From a virus (taxonomy: Duplodnaviria; Heunggongvirae; Uroviricota; Caudoviricetes), in IMG/VR virus record IMGVR_UViG_3300013132_000019: a stretch of 38,315 bases of DNA, one strand, 5' to 3'. Numbering within the stretch: the first letter of the stretch is position 1; the number at the start of each line of letters is the position of its first letter. Positions 1 to 7,926 of this stretch are shown here, in pieces. A program made the position numbers and the translations under genes. The notes beneath the pieces are model-generated. The model ran no database searches. It was not told the origin of the DNA and saw only the letters and a program-made list of their open reading frames with translations.

Positions 1-214
1 CAAAGTCATAATGTTTTTTATGCCCTTTCTTTTCAAACATAAATTGCCTACACACCCCACCTTTTTTACGTATCTCAATATATTGCATAGTTGGGTAAAA
101 TTCAACGCTCATTCCAAGTTCATCTTTATGCCCACACACGTCAATGAAGTTATTTTCTTTATAGTCTGCGGTGATTCGCATTCTTTCTTCTGAGTTTAAT
201 CTTAATTTTGCCAT
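1..214 (-). CDS. Hypothetical protein, partial (runs off the left edge); probable cassette gene
   Basis: Manual translation from ATG at 214: MAKLRLNSEERMRITADYKENNFIDVCGHKDELGMSVEFYPTMQYIEIRKKGGVCRQF..., open to position 1. A-rich leader; same position relative to a hairpin element as the next three genes. Confidence 0.65.
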   Translation of the reverse strand, partial: MAKLRLNSEERMRITADYKENNFIDVCGHKDELGMSVEFYPTMQYIEIRKKGGVCRQFMFEKKGHKKHYDF

Positions 215-228
215 AATTTTTTACAGAT

Positions 229-320
229 TGCTAACATGGTGTATAAGCCATGCCAATTAAAAGCCGTAGTAAATTCGATAGTTCCGAACAGGCACGGCTC
301 ATACACCTGTTCCGTTATCG
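229..320 (+). repeat. attC-like hairpin element 1
   Basis: TGCTAAC(229-235)...GTTATCG(314-320); 17-bp inverted arms GGTGTATAAGCCATGCC (238-254) / GGCACGGCTCATACACC (291-307) with 2 mismatches. Confidence 0.75.
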
Positions 321-325
321 GAAAT

Positions 326-628
326 TCATTTTTCTTCCGACTCCTGCTCAGAAGAAGGTTCTTGCTTTTCAAAATCTTCCCTGATTTTATTTAGTCTTGC
401 AAATTCAGACTCCCAAGCATCCAATGTCATTCCATTTACTGAAATATTTTCAAGTCTATCTCTACCATCACCATCCCAATCAATTACCACTTCTCTACTA
501 CTTCCCATTTGTCCAAGACTTCGTAGTCTTGAAAATAATTCTAATAGCGGTTTTACTGCATCATCAGAACAAGTAAATGAAATGACATTTTGAAAAGCAA
601 TGTTTGGTGTTTTAAATTTTTGTTCCAT
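326..628 (-). CDS. Hypothetical protein (about 100 aa), cassette gene
   Basis: ORF track 326..649 starts at TTG; ATG at 628 (MEQKF) is more likely. Fills the space between elements 1 and 2. Confidence 0.75.
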   Translation of the reverse strand: MEQKFKTPNIAFQNVISFTCSDDAVKPLLELFSRLRSLGQMGSSREVVIDWDGDGRDRLENISVNGMTLDAWESEFARLNKIREDFEKQEPSSEQESEEK

Positions 629-669
629 TTTTAAATTCTTAAATGCCAACCCACGAAAAATGAACTATC

Positions 670-766
670 CGATAACACGGGTTTGGCGTAATGCCACCAG
701 ATAGTTTGTGCCTAAATTTAAAGTTCTTGCAAGGTGGCACTAACGCCAAGCCCGAAACCGTTGTGT
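670..766 (+). repeat. attC-like hairpin element 2
   Basis: CGATAAC(670-676)...GTTGTGT(760-766); arms CGGGTTTGGCGTAATGCCACC / GGTGGCACTAACGCCAAGCCCG with mismatches and one bulged base. Confidence 0.75.
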
Positions 767-773
767 GTAATAG

Positions 774-989
774 CTACGGTTTTACTATCTTGCAACTCCA
801 TCGCCAAAATTTTTGAAGGCTATCAAACCAAATATCAATTTCATCAGCAACCCAACCCTCTCCACCTAATAAGTGTTGAATGTCGTGTTCTTTTGGTTCT
901 AAACCTTCTCCGCTTCCAATGCTTGTACCTTCTGCCCACATTTGGTGTGCTTGGTCAAAAATTTCTGTATGTTCTCTATCTACTGTCAT
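774..989 (-). CDS. Hypothetical protein (71 aa), cassette gene
   Basis: ATG ORF filling the space between elements 2 and 3. Confidence 0.7.
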   Translation of the reverse strand: MTVDREHTEIFDQAHQMWAEGTSIGSGEGLEPKEHDIQHLLGGEGWVADEIDIWFDSLQKFWRWSCKIVKP

Positions 990-1014
990 CTTTCTGTTAT
1001 TAAACCGCTACTAC

Positions 1015-1110
1015 ACACAACAATGTGTATAAGTAATGGCACGTTAAAGTTTGTGGCATAATTCAAAGGTTCGGTGTATGTGCCACTACCCATACACTCG
1101 TCCGTTGTAC
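1015..1110 (+). repeat. attC-like hairpin element 3
   Basis: ACACAAC(1015-1021)...GTTGTAC(1104-1110); 18-bp arms GTGTATAAGTAATGGCAC / GTGCCACTACCCATACAC with 3 mismatches, all G.T pairs on the minus strand. Loop resembles that of element 2 (AGTTTGTG...AATT.AAAG). Confidence 0.75.
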
Positions 1111-1116
1111 ACAATA

Positions 1117-1530
1117 CTACTCTGTGCCTAACCTTTTAAGTTTCTGCACTAAATGTAAAGCAAGGGTCATATACTCTTTAACTTGTTCATTTGTTGGTAG
1201 GTCATAATCGTACTCACTAATCGCTTGAAGAGTATCGCAACCACTACAACTACCGTAATAAGTGTCAGTCATTACATAATCTTCCACACTTGGTTGGTAA
1301 GTGTCAGTAGGCACAATAAATATTTGTGTACCTTGATAATCACCATCATCAATTACAGTCATTTTATCCAAAGCCCATCCGTTATAAGTGGTTGCTTCGG
1401 GTATGCACAATTCAAATATCTTCTTTACAATAGCTTCATAGCTATCGTATTCATCTTGTTTTGTCGTTTTGAAATACTCTTCAAGCTTATGCTTGTTTTC
1501 TTCCCATTGCTTTACTAATTCCGTTATCAT
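1117..1530 (-). CDS. Hypothetical phage protein (137 aa) with YGSCSGCD motif, cassette gene
   Basis: ATG ORF filling the space between elements 3 and 4; DDGDYQG and YYGSCSGCD motifs (possible CxxC metal or redox site). Confidence 0.8.
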   Translation of the reverse strand: MITELVKQWEENKHKLEEYFKTTKQDEYDSYEAIVKKIFELCIPEATTYNGWALDKMTVIDDGDYQGTQIFIVPTDTYQPSVEDYVMTDTYYGSCSGCDTLQAISEYDYDLPTNEQVKEYMTLALHLVQKLKRLGTE

Positions 1531-1563
1531 AATTTTATTTTTAATTCATTAAACCCGTACTGT

Positions 1564-1616
1564 GTACAACACTGTATAAGCCACATTAAAACGATGGCTT
1601 ATACTCACCGTTATGC
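1564..1616 (+). repeat. attC-like hairpin element 4 (short), overlapping the nrdA stop codon
   Basis: GTACAAC(1564-1570)...GTTATGC(1610-1616); perfect 10-bp stem GTATAAGCCA(1574-1583)/TGGCTTATAC(1595-1604). Confidence 0.75.
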
Positions 1617-2225
1617 ACTACAACCAAAACATTCAAATGGACTATCTTTTGGTTTTTCTGGTGTTTCGTTTATTTTTGACGTTGCTAACTTTGTATTTGT
1701 ATCTAATTTTGACTTACTTCTTGTGTAATAAACTCCAGTTTTAAGTCCACCTTTCCAAGCATACATTAAAGCACTGGCAATCTTTGAATACTTAGCATCT
1801 GAGTGATATACATTTAATGATTGTGATTGGTCAACATATTTATTTCTAATTATTGATAGGTCTAATAATACTTTTTGTGGTATCTCCCAAACATCCTTAT
1901 ATCGATATCTAACATCTTCTGGAATTTCCATTATGGTTTGTATACTACCCTTATTAGAAATCACCTTATCAATCATATCAGAATCCCATAAACCCAATTC
2001 AATCAATTCATTTACAAGATACTTATTAACCACTAAGAATTCACCTTGACCAACTCTTCTGGTAAATAGATTAGCTGTAACTGGTTCAAATGATTCAAAA
2101 CTACCTAATAAAATCGCAGAATTATGACTCACACAACCGTTACCTGTTATGTATTCATGAATTTCTGGTACTTCAATGTCCCATGTTGGTTTAACACCAT
2201 TTTCTTTAATACTTTTAATCTTCAT
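1611..2225 (-). CDS. nrdA: Ribonucleotide reductase alpha subunit, C-terminal fragment, preceded by split-intein C part
   Basis: First 35 aa are an intein C part ending SHN, followed by Ser. The rest has ESFEP, DQSQSLN, GLKTGVYY (radical-transfer YY pair) and terminal CFGC (CxxC) of class I RNR alpha. Confidence 0.95.
   Translation of the reverse strand: MKIKSIKENGVKPTWDIEVPEIHEYITGNGCVSHNSAILLGSFESFEPVTANLFTRRVGQGEFLVVNKYLVNELIELGLWDSDMIDKVISNKGSIQTIMEIPEDVRYRYKDVWEIPQKVLLDLSIIRNKYVDQSQSLNVYHSDAKYSKIASALMYAWKGGLKTGVYYTRSKSKLDTNTKLATSKINETPEKPKDSPFECFGCSA
2121..2225 (-). mobile_element. Split intein, C-terminal part (IntC, 35 aa)
   Basis: MKIKSIKENGVKPTWDIEVPEIHEYITGNGCVSHN/S: block F (TWDIEV...H.Y), block G HN, Ser+1. 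Confidence 0.95.
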
Positions 2226-3441
2226 ATATTTTATTTTCTTTTAAAAAATTATTTACTCTTTCTTTATTTATTTCTAATTTATCTGACGACCACAAAGTTA
2301 AAATTTTATACCCATGTTCTTCAGCAATTTTTATTTTATTTTTATCTTTATTTATAAAGTGAATTGCATCTTTTTTACTTCTTTTATGACACCAGTTTTC
2401 CATTAACCAGTCAGTTGAAAACTTCATATAGTTAGGGTGCCATGCTTCTCCATTATATTCTATTATTATTTTTTTACTTTTAATCGCAAAATCATATAAA
2501 TATGGTCTTTTAGTATCAACATCATAAATAACTAACTCATAGTTATTTTCAACACCCATTTTAATATCACCAATTTTATAACCACAATTAATAAGTTTTT
2601 CATAAAAAGGTTTTAAAATCTTTAACGATTCTTTACTAGCCCTACCTATTTTAACAGTTTTACTATTAATTATTTTTTCATATTCTATAGTAGCTTTTTC
2701 AACATCACCATCAAACTTTTTAAGAATTTTTTCAAAAGTAGTTTTAATACTTTTTTTCCTTTCTTTTAAAAGTTTATTGGCTTCGGAAACATTACCATTA
2801 CATTTTTTTAATGCCCATTTATAACTAGTCGAATCTTTAGATTGTGTATAACTCAACCATTTTTTTTCACCAATTTCTTCCCCATATTTATCGATAAACT
2901 TATCATATGTGTGTTTTGATGTTTCTTGAAATTCTTTGAATTTTTCACTTCCTAATTTTTTACCATGTCTCTTTATAAAACCTTTTAATGAAGTTGATTT
3001 TTTGGTTTTATATTCTTTAACCTTTAAAATAGATTCATCGTGTGTATAACCTTTTTTAACCCAATAGTCTATTTTATATGGTGAATTAATAAGTCTTTTT
3101 AAATCTTTTTCTTTAAATAGTTTTACACCTAAATCATTACCATATTTTAATTTATAAAATTCTTCATTAACAACAAATTGGTTATTATTTTTAAATTCGA
3201 TAAATTTAAAATATCTGGCCATATTAAAATCATCAATTTCATTTAAATCATTTGTTATTTTAGTTAAGGTTAAACCGTTATACTTCATAAGAAGTATTCG
3301 ATAAAAAAATAACATATTATTGTCAATCTCTTTATTTAAACCTAAAGTTTTTCTAATAATACATAATTCTTCACCATTTAAGTTTATTTTATCATTCTCT
3401 TTTAGGTATTTAGTAATATTTCGTTTGTAATTAAAATTCAT
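2215..3441 (-). CDS. Free-standing putative homing endonuclease with C-terminal Vsr/DUF559-like PD-(D/E)XK domain
   Basis: Lys-rich 408 aa protein with YG..G..K repeats and C-terminal YDFAI..KKIIIEYNGEAWH...DKNK...GYKILTLWSSD. Lies between the two intein halves and overlaps the IntC start by 11 nt. Confidence 0.85.
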   Translation of the reverse strand: MNFNYKRNITKYLKENDKINLNGEELCIIRKTLGLNKEIDNNMLFFYRILLMKYNGLTLTKITNDLNEIDDFNMARYFKFIEFKNNNQFVVNEEFYKLKYGNDLGVKLFKEKDLKRLINSPYKIDYWVKKGYTHDESILKVKEYKTKKSTSLKGFIKRHGKKLGSEKFKEFQETSKHTYDKFIDKYGEEIGEKKWLSYTQSKDSTSYKWALKKCNGNVSEANKLLKERKKSIKTTFEKILKKFDGDVEKATIEYEKIINSKTVKIGRASKESLKILKPFYEKLINCGYKIGDIKMGVENNYELVIYDVDTKRPYLYDFAIKSKKIIIEYNGEAWHPNYMKFSTDWLMENWCHKRSKKDAIHFINKDKNKIKIAEEHGYKILTLWSSDKLEINKERVNNFLKENKIYED

Positions 3442-3451
3442 ATATAATACG

Positions 3452-3508
3452 TTTTAACAGTTATTATCGTTATTATTATTATTATATAAATATATTTAAC
3501 TGTTAAAA
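3452..3508 (-). promoter_or_regulatory. Hairpin with TATTTATA motif in the loop, upstream of the endonuclease gene
   Basis: Perfect 12-bp inverted repeat TTTTAACAGTTA(3452-3463)/TAACTGTTAAAA(3497-3508) ending 10 nt before the ATG; loop contains TATAAATA (+ strand 3485-3492). Confidence 0.6.
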
Positions 3509-3524
3509 AGTGTTATGCCCACTA

Positions 3525-5507
3525 CTATTTTTCTATAATATCATCATTTTCATTTAACTCATCGGCTCTCAACCAAACCTCTTTACCATCACGATTAACA
3601 AGAAATTTATGATTATGTGTGCATTCAAATATTTCACCATCTTCCATTTCTATTGCTAATGTTTCTACTTTACCGTTATAGATAATATTATGTATATCCC
3701 TATATCCATATCTACTATCGACCTTTAATGGTACTTTTAATTTAAATACTTGTTGTTCATTTAGTGTTTCAATAGTTTCGTAATCAATACCGTTCATTTT
3801 TAAGATATCTTGATATGATAAAACACCCTTATCAGTCTTGATTTTACCTGTAGAAACAAAACAACTTGCAGTCGGCATTAGTCCCAATAAAAGGCTATTG
3901 TACATTGGTATTGGTTCACCCTTTTCATTTGGTGACCAACCATCAATATATGTTTCACCTCTTGAGTATCTACTACCTTCCCATGCTGGATAATTCTCAC
4001 CAGTTTCTTCAGCAATTTTAGAAGATTCAAGTACCGCAGCTTTATACATTGTTTCAAAAATGTCATTATTCCATTGTTTGGCTTCTTCTGATTCATAAGA
4101 TATTTTTTTCTTTGCAAAGAAATCAGCCATACCAGCAACACCGATTGCTAATGCTCTTTGGTTAACACCAGCGTTCTTACTCCATTCATCAGACCACTTA
4201 TTCTTATCAATAACACGATTTAAAGCTCTAACCAGTACTCTGGTACTTTTAGCTATTGATTTCAAATCTGAATGTTCAGCTAAATTTAATGATGCTAATG
4301 TGCATTGCGGTGTGTAATTTGGTTTGCTTGCTTGAAAAATTTCTATGCAAAGATTACTTTGTTTAATAACACCAATATTGTCTTGCATGTTTCTTTTATT
4401 GGCGTTATCTTTGAACATAACATATGGCTTACCACTTTCCACTTGTGATTTAATTATCGCATCAAATATCTTTTTAGGGTTAATTGCTTTACCTATACCC
4501 AATTCAACAGCTTTATTATACTCCATAACAAATTCGTCACCATATAAGTCATATAGTGGTCTTAAACCAGCTTTTTTAATGTCGTTTGGACAGAATATAT
4601 ACCAATCTTCCCCTGATTGTAATTTCTCCATGAATAGGTCATTTATTACAACAGCCGTAAACAAATCTCTAGTTCTTAATTGCTCATCACCAACAGGAAG
4701 TGTTAATTCAAGAAAATCAATGATATCTCTATGCCATACTGATAGATACAAAGCACAACTTCCAGAGCGTGAACCTTGCTTATAGAATCGCATCTTAGAT
4801 TGAACCATATCAGCTAACCTTACCACACCACCAGCTTTACCATTAAAAGAACTTACATAACTATCTTTGCTTCTGATTGGGTCAATAAGTAAACCAATAC
4901 CAGAACCTTCTTTTGAGGCATAAGAAATCTTTGTTAATGTTTCTTCGATTCCTTCAATAGTGTCAGATTCTAAATGAGTCAAGTTGCAGCTAATCATACC
5001 ACCACGTTTTTCTATACCAGCATTGGTATATGTTGGTGTTGCAAAGTTAACCCTTTTTGAATTTAATTCGTCTAATAATTTTCTCTTTTCAATTGGTGTT
5101 TCGGATAAAAATGAAGCTACCCTATTATACATACAAGATGGTAATTCAATTGGTGAATTATCGTCACTCTTCATTGAATATTTGGTTAAGAATGTTGTAG
5201 CACCAAAAAAGTCATAAGTTAGGTCAACCTCTTGTAATTCTTTACCTATTAGTTTTGATTGTCTACTTAACAATATTCTACCACCTAATAATGAATAGTC
5301 TGGGTGTTGGATGATTTTATCAGCAGCTTTGAACGCTATAATTTCATCAACCTCAGTGGTTGTTATATTATCAGAAATTAATGGTATTACCTCCTGAAAT
5401 AATAAATCAGGATTAACGTTTAACCCTTTAGATTGGGTTTTAATTCTAGTCAATATTTTGTTTGGTGCAAAATTTTGTTTCGTACCGTCTCTTTTTACAA
5501 TTTTCAT
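3525..5507 (-). CDS. nrdA: Ribonucleotide reductase class Ia alpha subunit, N-terminal fragment, fused to split-intein N part
   Basis: ATP-cone start (MKIVKRDG), ATPT, ISCNL, QSNLCIEI (catalytic N-x-C-x-E), CTLASLNL and LMPTAS, followed by a 112-aa intein N part and a stop codon. Confidence 0.95.
   Translation of the reverse strand: MKIVKRDGTKQNFAPNKILTRIKTQSKGLNVNPDLLFQEVIPLISDNITTTEVDEIIAFKAADKIIQHPDYSLLGGRILLSRQSKLIGKELQEVDLTYDFFGATTFLTKYSMKSDDNSPIELPSCMYNRVASFLSETPIEKRKLLDELNSKRVNFATPTYTNAGIEKRGGMISCNLTHLESDTIEGIEETLTKISYASKEGSGIGLLIDPIRSKDSYVSSFNGKAGGVVRLADMVQSKMRFYKQGSRSGSCALYLSVWHRDIIDFLELTLPVGDEQLRTRDLFTAVVINDLFMEKLQSGEDWYIFCPNDIKKAGLRPLYDLYGDEFVMEYNKAVELGIGKAINPKKIFDAIIKSQVESGKPYVMFKDNANKRNMQDNIGVIKQSNLCIEIFQASKPNYTPQCTLASLNLAEHSDLKSIAKSTRVLVRALNRVIDKNKWSDEWSKNAGVNQRALAIGVAGMADFFAKKKISYESEEAKQWNNDIFETMYKAAVLESSKIAEETGENYPAWEGSRYSRGETYIDGWSPNEKGEPIPMYNSLLLGLMPTASCFVSTGKIKTDKGVLSYQDILKMNGIDYETIETLNEQQVFKLKVPLKVDSRYGYRDIHNIIYNGKVETLAIEMEDGEIFECTHNHKFLVNRDGKEVWLRADELNENDDIIEK
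3528..3863 (-). mobile_element. Split intein, N-terminal part (IntN, 112 aa)
   Basis: Starts CFVSTGKIKTDKG (block A, Cys1), contains ECTHNHKFLV (block B TxxH) and ends W.RADELNENDDIIEK*. Confidence 0.95.
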
Positions 5508-5519
5508 TCTTATCTTTTT

Positions 5520-6473
5520 TTAAAAATCTTCATCAAAAACACCATCCATGGATGAGGGTATCTCTACTCGTGTATATTCACCATCTCTCTTTTCAAAGAA
5601 ATTATTTTTAGCTGAAAGACCTATTCTGGCCATATACTCCAATGGATTATTAACATTAAATTCTCGTTCACAACCAAAATCACTTAAAACAATATCTGTT
5701 ACATACTGAACATATTTAACCATATCTGATTTTGTTAGTCCTTGAAGTCCGTCTGGCATACTTTCTTCAACAAAAATCTTCTCAACCTCATAACAACCAA
5801 GTATTATATTTCTAAGTTCTGATTTTGATAGTTTATAATTATCTTTTAGATATTCCTTATAAAGATTAAGAGCGAACTCATAATGTGTTGTTTCGTCTCT
5901 AAGTATTAGTTCATTCATACTTCCAAGACCTGGCATTTTATTACGACTTCTGAACCAAAATACACCAGAAAATACGCTGGCAAATGAAATACCCTCTACA
6001 CACGCAAACGCCACCAATCTATGGGCAAATGACGGGTGTTCAATCCAATTTTCAGCCCAAGCAGCTTTTTTATTAACTGCTGGATTTGTTTCCATTGAAT
6101 TAAATAATGCGTCTCGTTCAATTAAGTCCTTAATATATGTATCTATTAATAATGAATATCCATTGGCATGTACTTGTTCAATGAAAGTTTGATGACCGTA
6201 AAAATATTGGGCTTCCAATATCTCTACTTCATTTAGAAAATTAGTTGCAAGATTGTCAATGACTAAACCATCAGATATGGCAAAAAACGCCAATATATTC
6301 TTAAGATAAGTTTTTTCATTATCTTTAAGTTCATCAAACCTATCTTTACTTAGGTCTATCTCTTCAGCTACCCACGTTTGTGATTCAGCATTCTTATATC
6401 TTTCCCAAATGTCATTATGGGTTATTGGGAATATCGAATATCTCTTACCTACGTCTTTATTTCTTAAATACAT
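5520..6473 (-). CDS. nrdB: Ribonucleotide reductase class Ia beta subunit
   Basis: WVAEEIDLSKD, FFAISD, EQVHANGY (ExxH plus radical Tyr), VEGISF, RDETTH and NFFEKR motifs. Confidence 0.97.
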   Translation of the reverse strand: MYLRNKDVGKRYSIFPITHNDIWERYKNAESQTWVAEEIDLSKDRFDELKDNEKTYLKNILAFFAISDGLVIDNLATNFLNEVEILEAQYFYGHQTFIEQVHANGYSLLIDTYIKDLIERDALFNSMETNPAVNKKAAWAENWIEHPSFAHRLVAFACVEGISFASVFSGVFWFRSRNKMPGLGSMNELILRDETTHYEFALNLYKEYLKDNYKLSKSELRNIILGCYEVEKIFVEESMPDGLQGLTKSDMVKYVQYVTDIVLSDFGCEREFNVNNPLEYMARIGLSAKNNFFEKRDGEYTRVEIPSSMDGVFDEDF

Positions 6474-6488
6474 TATATTTTTTTTTTA

Positions 6489-7898
6489 TTAATCAATTAT
6501 TTGACCGCTTTCAAGTTGTTTTGCGGCTTTAATTCTATCTAAAGCATTACTAATAATAGCTTGGTTACCACCATTTATACCAGTCTTAGCTTCAAAGGAT
6601 GTTACAGCGTTTTGCTCTTCACCGATTTCAATCTGAATTTTAGAGTTATCAAAAATGCAATCTTGGAACACCAAACCGTCTCTACCAAATCTAGATTTAA
6701 GTATCGCAATATTAGCATGGCCACTTTCTTTTTGTGTTAAACTTTTAGCTATACTCATAATAAAGTGACCAATTTGACCTTTTTTAATTGAACCACCAAT
6801 TTGGTCAGCCTCAACAACATCAGCCTTTATTGAACTTCGATTACCTTGAACAAATGTCCATCCAGCCATATTAAGGTCTAATATCATTGTTTCAAATTCA
6901 CGCATAACATTACCTTCACCAGCATAATAATCATCGAATTTCTTAGATGGTTGAATACAATCAATATAATCCAATATAATTAAATCTGGTCTGAAACCTT
7001 CTGAAATTTTCTTATCAATATATTTTCTAATTGTTTTAATCGTTGTTCCATCACTAGCAAATCTTTTCAGTTTAAGGTTACCTTTAGAGTTTTGCTCCAT
7101 TTCCTTTACTTTGGTGATAACCTCATCCCTAAATAACCCTAAATTATTTAATTCAATCTTGGTCCAACACGAATAGTGTTTTCTTTTAATTACTTTAGGT
7201 TGGTCTTCAAAGAAGATTTGAAGTACATTGTAACCGTTATTAAATGCGCTATTTGCCAGTTTAGTAGCTAAGGTAGTTTTGCCAATCCCGAATGGCGCAA
7301 CAACAACCGCTAATTCCGTCTTTGACAGACCACCATTCATAATTTCATCCAATTTTGGTATACCAGTTGAGATTGGATTTCGATAATCATCCGCTAAAAC
7401 CTCTTCCATACCATCAAATAAGGTCGTATCGTCCTCTTTAGTATATCCAACATCCAACGCTTTTTTTATAATTTCATTGGCGGTATCAAAATCACTAGAT
7501 TTACCACCATCAATTAATTTTTGTATTTTTTTGACAGCTTTACTTAACTCTTGTTGTTTACAGAATTTAATAGCCTCTTCCTGTATTAATTTAGGTGTTT
7601 TTACTGTTAAACCCCTAACTTTATCTAAACTAGCTAAAACAAAGTTAAGTACAATACTATCGTTACTTTGCTTTAATTTCAACTCTAAGGTCGGATAGTC
7701 TGGTATTGAACCGTAAGAATCTTTAATATTCCTAATCTCAGCAACAATATTTTTAAGGTCCACTGTTTCAAAATAATTTGGGTCAATAGCGTCTATGATA
7801 CCCTCACCAAATTTAGTATCAACAATGATTTGGTTTATCAAACTATATTGATAATCAACACCTAGATAATTAAAATTAGTTTTTTCAATTTTACTCAT
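6489..7898 (-). CDS. dnaB: Replicative DNA helicase, DnaB/T4 gp41-like (SF4)
   Basis: Walker A APFGIGKT, LIILDYID, QGNR and LKSRFG motifs; 469 aa. Confidence 0.92.
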   Translation of the reverse strand: MSKIEKTNFNYLGVDYQYSLINQIIVDTKFGEGIIDAIDPNYFETVDLKNIVAEIRNIKDSYGSIPDYPTLELKLKQSNDSIVLNFVLASLDKVRGLTVKTPKLIQEEAIKFCKQQELSKAVKKIQKLIDGGKSSDFDTANEIIKKALDVGYTKEDDTTLFDGMEEVLADDYRNPISTGIPKLDEIMNGGLSKTELAVVVAPFGIGKTTLATKLANSAFNNGYNVLQIFFEDQPKVIKRKHYSCWTKIELNNLGLFRDEVITKVKEMEQNSKGNLKLKRFASDGTTIKTIRKYIDKKISEGFRPDLIILDYIDCIQPSKKFDDYYAGEGNVMREFETMILDLNMAGWTFVQGNRSSIKADVVEADQIGGSIKKGQIGHFIMSIAKSLTQKESGHANIAILKSRFGRDGLVFQDCIFDNSKIQIEIGEEQNAVTSFEAKTGINGGNQAIISNALDRIKAAKQLESGQIID

Positions 7899-7926
7899 AT
7901 TAGAACATTAAATATTGTTATTATAA

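Noticed and set aside
229-1616. CRISPR array or simple terminators as the explanation of the hairpin repeats
   Set aside because: The repeats are divergent and 53-97 bp long, are separated by whole genes, lack U-tracts, and show neighbour-to-neighbour end complementarity that neither explanation predicts.
2226-3524. Group I/II intron in nrdA
   Set aside because: Only 83 nt of AT-rich non-coding sequence, too little for a ribozyme core, and both gene halves carry clear intein motifs.
3512-3524. GTTATGC after the NrdA-N stop, identical to the core at 1610-1616
   Set aside because: Only a 7-bp match, in direct rather than inverted orientation, so it does not close a cassette; chance cannot be excluded.
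1611-5507. nrdA pseudogene or sequencing frameshift
   Set aside because: Catalytic motifs are intact, and the break falls precisely between complete IntN and IntC parts.
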